A stretch of 56,005 nucleotides of DNA from Gemmatimonadota bacterium (GTDB lineage: Bacteria > Gemmatimonadota > Gemmatimonadetes > Gemmatimonadales > GWC2-71-9), in the NCBI GenBank assembly GCA_039587215.1, contig JBDHIW010000002.1, forward strand, positions 8,546 to 64,550, in the 5' to 3' direction. Positions 50,840 to 56,005 of this stretch are shown piece after piece (positions within the stretch are counted from its first letter, which is position 1; each line of letters opens with the position of its first letter). The notes under the pieces were generated by a model. It did no database searches, was not told where the DNA came from, and saw only the letters and a list, made by a program, of their open reading frames with translations. The translations under genes were made by a program, and so were the position numbers.

Positions 50840-51423
50840 CCGGCCGACTGCTCGGCAATGGCGAGCATGCCGAGCCATGACGCCATGTACGCCGAGCGAA
50901 TTTCCCCAGGGTCCGCGCCCGATCCAAGCGCCGCACCCAGCCCAACGATGGTCGACGCCAGCCACCAGCCTACCTCGCCCGGCAGAAGTCTCGCGTCCAG
51001 TCCTCCGCGTTCGGCAAGCGAGTTGTAGGCGATTCCCAGCGCGGTAGCGAAGGCAGCAACCCCGCTACTGTCCCTTTGGTCAGTACTGAACAGCAGCGAG
51101 GACCAACCACCTGGGCTGCCATTTACTGACTCGGCGGTCAATAAATCCCATGTTGCGTCCATAGCATCGGGGATCGTGGCCGCTCGATCGAGGCAATCCG
51201 TCCAGCTCGAGATCCGTTCCGCGCTCATCCGATCAAGCGCAGCGTCGATGAGCGCCTGTTTGTTCCCGAAGTGATAAGTGATGAGACCCTTCGCACAGCC
51301 GGCGTGCTCGGCCACCGCGTCCACGGTGATCCGGTCGGCAGGAACCGTCTTGAGGAGCTCAGCGGCGGCGGCCGTCAGGAGATCTCGGGACTCCTCCTTG
51401 GTTCGTCGGGCGCGTTTGGCCAT
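50836..51423 (-). CDS. TetR/AcrR family transcriptional regulator
   Basis: RRTKEESRDLL.AAA.LL...ITVDAVAEHAGCAKGLITYHFGNKQAL; GGAG SD upstream of ATG 51423. Confidence 0.88.
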   Translation of the reverse strand: MAKRARRTKEESRDLLTAAAAELLKTVPADRITVDAVAEHAGCAKGLITYHFGNKQALIDAALDRMSAERISSWTDCLDRAATIPDAMDATWDLLTAESVNGSPGGWSSLLFSTDQRDSSGVAAFATALGIAYNSLAERGGLDARLLPGEVGWWLASTIVGLGAALGSGADPGEIRSAYMASWLGMLAIAEQSAG

Positions 51424-51439
51424 GTTATGACTCCGTTTA

Positions 51440-51505
51440 TTGACCCATTGTACAGTATATGAAATGGGCCAACGAAACACAACGTACTATACTGCTGGTC
51501 AGTAT
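51440..51505. promoter_or_regulatory. Divergent promoter region with two inverted repeats
   Basis: TTGACCCATT-N13-AATGGGCCAA (51440-51472, one mismatch) and ATACTG-N5-CAGTAT (51489-51505); TATACT hexamers on both strands. Confidence 0.6.
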
Positions 51506-51581
51506 GGGGGTCTATTCAGGGCTGTCCAGAGTTGAAACCGGTAGATGATGTCTCCGTAGGTGGGGCTAGCGGACGAACAAC

Positions 51582-52028
51582 ATGCACACGCCCCCAGCAG
51601 ATCTACCCCAGTCCACGGCCCGCGCGGTCCTGAACGCACTCCCCGAGGCGGTGTTCTTCTTCGCACCCGACGGGCGCTGCCGCTACGCGAACATGCACGC
51701 GAGAGAACTGGCGCGCGGGCTCGGCCTTTCGCTGCCGATCACCTCGGAGTCGCTGGGCTCACTGGGAGCGCAGGGAGCGCGGATCTATCCCGTGTGGGAC
51801 GGCGATGCGAAGCTCGGCGAGTTGGTCGTCGTGGCCAACGGAGCGACAGACGAGAACACGCTGGCGGATCGGGAGCGGAATGCGATTCTCGAGATGCTGC
51901 AGCAGACCGGCTGGAGGCTCTCCGAGAGTGCGAGGCGGCTCGGGATTTCACGAACGACCCTCTGGCGCCGGCTCAAGGCGTACGGCCTCGACCGTGACGG
52001 ACGAGGGCGATGGTCGCGCTCCTCCTAG
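51582..52028 (+). CDS. PAS-like domain fused directly to a Fis-type HTH
   Basis: VLNALPEAVFFFAPDGRCRYAN (PAS start); TLADRERNAILEML...W.LSESARRLGISRTTLWRRLKAYGL (HTH_8). Confidence 0.82.
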   Translation: MHTPPADLPQSTARAVLNALPEAVFFFAPDGRCRYANMHARELARGLGLSLPITSESLGSLGAQGARIYPVWDGDAKLGELVVVANGATDENTLADRERNAILEMLQQTGWRLSESARRLGISRTTLWRRLKAYGLDRDGRGRWSRSS

Positions 52029-54202
52029 CGAGCCTGCTGGTCGGCGCTGCGCCTGCGGACACGGCGACGTTCGCCGATGCCCGGACTGAATCTCTCTACT
52101 ACATCGCCAGAGCCCGCCACCTCCGTCAGGACTCGATCGTCCGGGACTATCAGGCGACCGTCCACACCCGGATCGACGCGACGGCGGGTCGCAGCCGTTT
52201 CGCCAGGCTGGCCACCCTGTGGGTGCATGAGTCCGAGGCGGACATCGCCTGGCACGCACCGAATGACCTGAAGATCAGCGTCCGCGGTGCCCGCACGAAG
52301 GTCCCCGTCATGGGCCTCCTGCCGGAGCTGCGGGCCGCGGAGGCGGAGCTTCGTGAAGAGTTCCGCGGACAGGTGCTCCTGGACCGACCGTGGTTCATCC
52401 CGCGTTCGCTGGGGGACAGCATTCGGCTCATGGGGTTGCCGACGGTCGCAGCGTTGCACCCGCTGGCCCCGGGGGCGGAGGCCTACTACCGGTTCGCCGT
52501 GCTGGATTCGGCTCGTCTCCGGCTGCCCGGCCGCGAGGTACGCACCGCACGACTCAGGGTCGAGCCCAAGGCCGTGGCACCGGCCCTCGTCGCCGGTCAC
52601 GTCTGGCTCGACGTCGAAACTGGTGACGTGGTGCGCATGCGCCTCTTGTTTCTGGGTGAGTACCTGTGGGACTCGCCGGAGGACGCTACCCCGGACGACA
52701 GTCTCGATGCGCAGGCCACGACCGAGCGCGTCATGCGCCACGTGACCCTGGAGGCCGAACTCGAGTACGTGCTCGTCAACAGCCTCTACTGGATGCCGTA
52801 CCGTCAGTACCTCGGCATCACGGCGGAGATACCGATCATCCTCAATCTCACCGTGCCCGCCCGTGCGGTGAGCACGTTCAGCAATTACCGGGTCAACACC
52901 GGCCGCCGCGTCGGCTTCACGATTCCGGACTCGCTGCTCGAGGCCGACGGCGATGCGGAGACGTGGGACGGGGACGGCGACAGCGACGAAGGTGACGAAG
53001 GGGAGGTGGGGGACCGTCGGGAGGCCAGGCGGGACTCGCTGGGATACGCGCGCGGAGCCACGTGGCGGGACGGTCGCTGGGAAGTGTCGGTGCCGCCGCG
53101 CGACTCGGTTGCCGCCTACGACTGGCCGGACGAACTCGCCACCGAGATGGACCCCGCGGCCGAGGCGCGGCTTGCCGAGACGATTGCCGAGCTTGCGGCG
53201 TTGGAGGACCGCCTGCCGTCGGAGTGGACGAATCGTCGCCGGTTCCGGCTCGCCTGGGAGAAAGTGAGCGAGGTGGTCCGGTTCAATCGTGTTCAGGGTC
53301 TGTCGCTGGGCGCCGGCATCGAAATTCGGCCGCGCATTCCCCACACCAGCCTGCTCCTCGGCGGGCGCATGGGTTTGTCCGACCTCCGGCCCCTGGGAAG
53401 CGTCACCGTGCGGCACGACGGCCCGGGTGGGCGTCTCGACGTGGCGGGCTATCGCACCATGCGGGAAGCGGAACCTTGGACCAGCGGCTTGGGAATCGGC
53501 AATTCCCTGAACGCGCTGTTCACGGCGCACGACGACGCGGACTACTTCCTCGCGACCGGCGGGTCGTTCACGTGGATCTGGAACCGCGGACTGCTGCGCG
53601 ACGTCCACGTGACCCTGGCGTACGAGCGGCACGACAGCGTGCAGGTCGAGAGCGGCTCTGCGATCGCCGATCTGTGGGGCACGGGCACGTTCCAGCCAAA
53701 CCCCCCGGTGGATGAGGAGTGGTTCGGAAGTGGGGCAGTGACCCTGAACCGCAGGATCGGGCCGGTCGGCTTCGGGGTCGGCGCGAGCCTGCTCACCGAC
53801 TGGGCCCGCGTGTCCGGTCGCGGCTGGATGCACGCCGACGTCGGGTTCCGGGTCGCCGGCCGGTCGGGCCGTCTTGCCGGGCGCCTCGCCGCCATGCGCG
53901 GCGACGTGATGCCGCAGACGCTGTGGCGCGTCGGCGGACCGCAGACGGTGCGGGGGTACACGTACGGCACGCGCACCGGCCGCTATCTCTGGTCCCTCCA
54001 GCTCGACATGGCGCTCACCCGCTCGGCGATCGTGACCCCGGTCGCGTTCGTGGATGCCGGCGACACGTTCGTCGGAGACCCGTTGGTCGGCGTCGGCGGT
54101 GGCCTGTCGATCCTCCGCGGCCTCATTCGCTTCAACGTCTCCGCCGGCGTTCGCCCCAAGACCGAGGCGCGGTTCGATTTGATGTTCCGGGCGCCGCGTT
54201 AG
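52010..54202 (+). CDS. Putative outer membrane beta-barrel protein (Omp85-like C-terminus)
   Basis: Signal peptide; RFNRVQGLSLG; alternating amphipathic strands; GGPQTVRGY resembles the Omp85 VRGY loop; FVDAG. Confidence 0.65.
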   Translation: MVALLLASLLVGAAPADTATFADARTESLYYIARARHLRQDSIVRDYQATVHTRIDATAGRSRFARLATLWVHESEADIAWHAPNDLKISVRGARTKVPVMGLLPELRAAEAELREEFRGQVLLDRPWFIPRSLGDSIRLMGLPTVAALHPLAPGAEAYYRFAVLDSARLRLPGREVRTARLRVEPKAVAPALVAGHVWLDVETGDVVRMRLLFLGEYLWDSPEDATPDDSLDAQATTERVMRHVTLEAELEYVLVNSLYWMPYRQYLGITAEIPIILNLTVPARAVSTFSNYRVNTGRRVGFTIPDSLLEADGDAETWDGDGDSDEGDEGEVGDRREARRDSLGYARGATWRDGRWEVSVPPRDSVAAYDWPDELATEMDPAAEARLAETIAELAALEDRLPSEWTNRRRFRLAWEKVSEVVRFNRVQGLSLGAGIEIRPRIPHTSLLLGGRMGLSDLRPLGSVTVRHDGPGGRLDVAGYRTMREAEPWTSGLGIGNSLNALFTAHDDADYFLATGGSFTWIWNRGLLRDVHVTLAYERHDSVQVESGSAIADLWGTGTFQPNPPVDEEWFGSGAVTLNRRIGPVGFGVGASLLTDWARVSGRGWMHADVGFRVAGRSGRLAGRLAAMRGDVMPQTLWRVGGPQTVRGYTYGTRTGRYLWSLQLDMALTRSAIVTPVAFVDAGDTFVGDPLVGVGGGLSILRGLIRFNVSAGVRPKTEARFDLMFRAPR

Positions 54203-54250
54203 GACCGCCGAAGCCTACCGCGTCACGCACGTCGGTCCTACGTTCACCAC

Positions 54251-54712
54251 ATGCCCGCCGCACCTTTCTCCATCGACGAGTACGTCCGCTGGTCCGACGT
54301 GGATCACGCCGGCATCATCTTCTATGGGGCGTACGTACGCTTCTTCGAGATCGCCGAGACGGAGCTCTTCCGCGCGGCCGGCGTACCGTACGGCGAAGTC
54401 TTCGACCGGTTCGGCATCTGGCTGCCGCGAGTGCATCTGTCGTGCGACTTCATGCACCCGGCCCACCTCGACGATCGGCTGCGCGTCGCGGCCTACTTCA
54501 CGGCGTTCGGCACCAGTTCGATCGAGCTGCGCTTCGACGTGCTTCACGTCGGGGCGCATGCCCTGGCGGCGGCCGGAACGGAGGTGCTGGTGAGCACGGA
54601 CAGGGAGTCGATGCGGTCGATCGCGATCCCGTCGGAACTCAGAGCGGCGCTCAAGCCGTTCCTCACGACCCGCGGCGACGCGCGGCGTGGGCTCGGAATC
54701 GAGGTCCCATGA
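54251..54712 (+). CDS. Acyl-CoA thioesterase (YbgC/4HBT hotdog fold)
   Basis: VRWSDVDHAGIIFYGAYVRFFE.AETE, CDF..PAHLDD. Confidence 0.9.
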   Translation: MPAAPFSIDEYVRWSDVDHAGIIFYGAYVRFFEIAETELFRAAGVPYGEVFDRFGIWLPRVHLSCDFMHPAHLDDRLRVAAYFTAFGTSSIELRFDVLHVGAHALAAAGTEVLVSTDRESMRSIAIPSELRAALKPFLTTRGDARRGLGIEVP

Positions 54713-55320
54713 AGCGCATCCTCGTGACGGCATTCGCGTGGACGGTGCTGTCGTGCGGCGGAGAGGACGCCGCGCCCCCTATGGACATTGCGGTCCTCGG
54801 GAGCTCCCCGACCGACACGGCGCCGATGCCGGAGGTGCCCGAGGCCGTCCGCGGTGCGATGCGCGTGCGGATGTCCGGCACCGGGGCCCTCTCTGCCGGA
54901 TGGCCGGCGGTGGCCGACTGGTGTCCCTCGATTCCCGCGCTGCAGATCGTAGCGGACGACTCCACGTCGGGGTCCATCGTGCTGCTCCTGCCCGACGGTG
55001 GCGACTGGCCGGGGACCTATCCCGTGACGCATCCGGACTCGTCTCCCGGCACGCCGGTGGCGCACGTGGGGGTCCTGCTCGCGCCTGCCCGCCGAGGCTT
55101 CACGTTCCAGGGGGTGCGGGGGAGCCTGGAGGCCGAGCGGGACGGCCGGCATCTCTCCGGAGAGCTGCAGATCGACCTCCGCGAGGTCGGCAAGCCGCTG
55201 ATGATGAAGTATGCGGCCGCCTTCGCCCGCATCGAGGTGACCGAGCGGACCGAGGCGGAGTGCCGGGACCTGGGATTGGGGCCCGACGCGATTCCCGAGC
55301 CCGGGGACGCGCCCGATTAG
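54709..55320 (+). CDS. Hypothetical lipoprotein
   Basis: ATGA overlap; MKRILVTAFAWTVLS-C lipobox-like signal. Confidence 0.7.
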   Translation: MKRILVTAFAWTVLSCGGEDAAPPMDIAVLGSSPTDTAPMPEVPEAVRGAMRVRMSGTGALSAGWPAVADWCPSIPALQIVADDSTSGSIVLLLPDGGDWPGTYPVTHPDSSPGTPVAHVGVLLAPARRGFTFQGVRGSLEAERDGRHLSGELQIDLREVGKPLMMKYAAAFARIEVTERTEAECRDLGLGPDAIPEPGDAPD

Positions 55321-55331
55321 ATTCCCAAGCC

Positions 55332-56005
55332 ATGACTGACCGCTATTACCGCAAAGGGTTCGGCCTCAAGCAGGCCATTCTCCCGACGCTCACCGACGAC
55401 TACCACAGTCAGGTCGTCGACCGAATGCGGGAGAGCGGCCACGCGCTCGCCGTCGACGATCTCACGATTCGGTTGGCGAAGGAGTTCGGGTTCTGCTACG
55501 GGGTGGACCGTGCGGTCGAGTACGCGTACGAGAGCCGGACGAAGTTCCCGGAGCGCCGCATCTTCCTGGTGGGCGAGATCATCCACAACCCCCACGTGAA
55601 CACGAAGCTCGAGCACATGGGCGTCATCATACTGCACCCCGGCGAGGACGGCCGGTTCGATTTCGGGGCGGTCGAGGCGGAGGATGTGGTGCTGATCCCG
55701 GCGTTCGGCGTGCAGGTGGGCGATTTCGCCCGGCTCCGCGAGCTGGGATGCGTGCTCGTGGATACCACGTGCGGGTCCGTCCTCAACGTGTGGAAGCGCG
55801 TGGAGCGGTACGCCCGCGACGGATTCACGTCCGTCGTGCACGGCAAGCACTACCACGAGGAAACGAAGGCCACCGTCAGTCAGGTGACCAAACACGCCGA
55901 GGGCCGCTACCTCGTCGTCCGCGACATGTCCGAAGCGGAAGTGCTGTGCGGCTTCATACGGGGCGAGGTCGAGGTCGAGCGGATGGAGACGATGTTCCGG
56001 CACAA
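55332..56005 (+). CDS. ispH: 4-hydroxy-3-methylbut-2-enyl diphosphate reductase IspH (3'-truncated by window edge)
   Basis: MTDRYYRKGFG...RLAKEFGFCYGVDRAV, EIIHNPHVN, PAFG, DTTC, HGK..HEET; absent from the ORF track because there is no stop in the window. Confidence 0.94.
   Translation, partial: MTDRYYRKGFGLKQAILPTLTDDYHSQVVDRMRESGHALAVDDLTIRLAKEFGFCYGVDRAVEYAYESRTKFPERRIFLVGEIIHNPHVNTKLEHMGVIILHPGEDGRFDFGAVEAEDVVLIPAFGVQVGDFARLRELGCVLVDTTCGSVLNVWKRVERYARDGFTSVVHGKHYHEETKATVSQVTKHAEGRYLVVRDMSEAEVLCGFIRGEVEVERMETMFRH

Noticed and set aside
50836-51560. Lower-GC TetR region as a mobile island
   Set aside because: No integrase, transposase, att site or target duplication; the composition shift is modest and not quantified.
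55317-56003. 228-aa minus-strand ORF at the window end
   Set aside because: Antisense to the clearly recognisable ispH.

Overview
High-GC bacterial chromosomal DNA, very densely coded. A Gemmatimonadota-like origin is an inference from gene content and style, not a measurement. It carries mostly housekeeping genes. In order: end of a suf Fe-S operon (sufBCDSU plus a Rieske ferredoxin), an orphan zinc-finger anti-sigma factor, an ABC-2 exporter, a frameshifted mnmG, two perfect parS palindromes, parA-parB-M23 peptidase-bactofilin-Nif3-CapA, queG, a PLP enzyme-LOG-deoxyhypusine synthase cluster, glpD, fadI/fadJ, proline dehydrogenase, rsgA, a fused 2-oxoacid dehydrogenase E1, a Ser/Thr kinase, lon, TetR/TrmB regulators with operators, a swivel-first aconitase-family enzyme, OmpA with TSP3 repeats, pfk, an HrpB-like helicase and ispH (partial). 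No rRNA, tRNA, CRISPR array or mobile element was seen. The best hidden signals are: (1) a CxxU SelW/Rdx selenoprotein with a SECIS-like hairpin, missed by the ORF track, heading an operon with pfk and a helicase whose motif Ia appears to precede motif I; (2) a parS-parAB-M23-bactofilin coupled operon; (3) a recurrent TAnnTT-(6-9 nt)-ATG leaderless-start signature; (4) probable ATC and CTG start codons; (5) a 25-bp IHF-like dyad present twice around parS, once inside mnmG.
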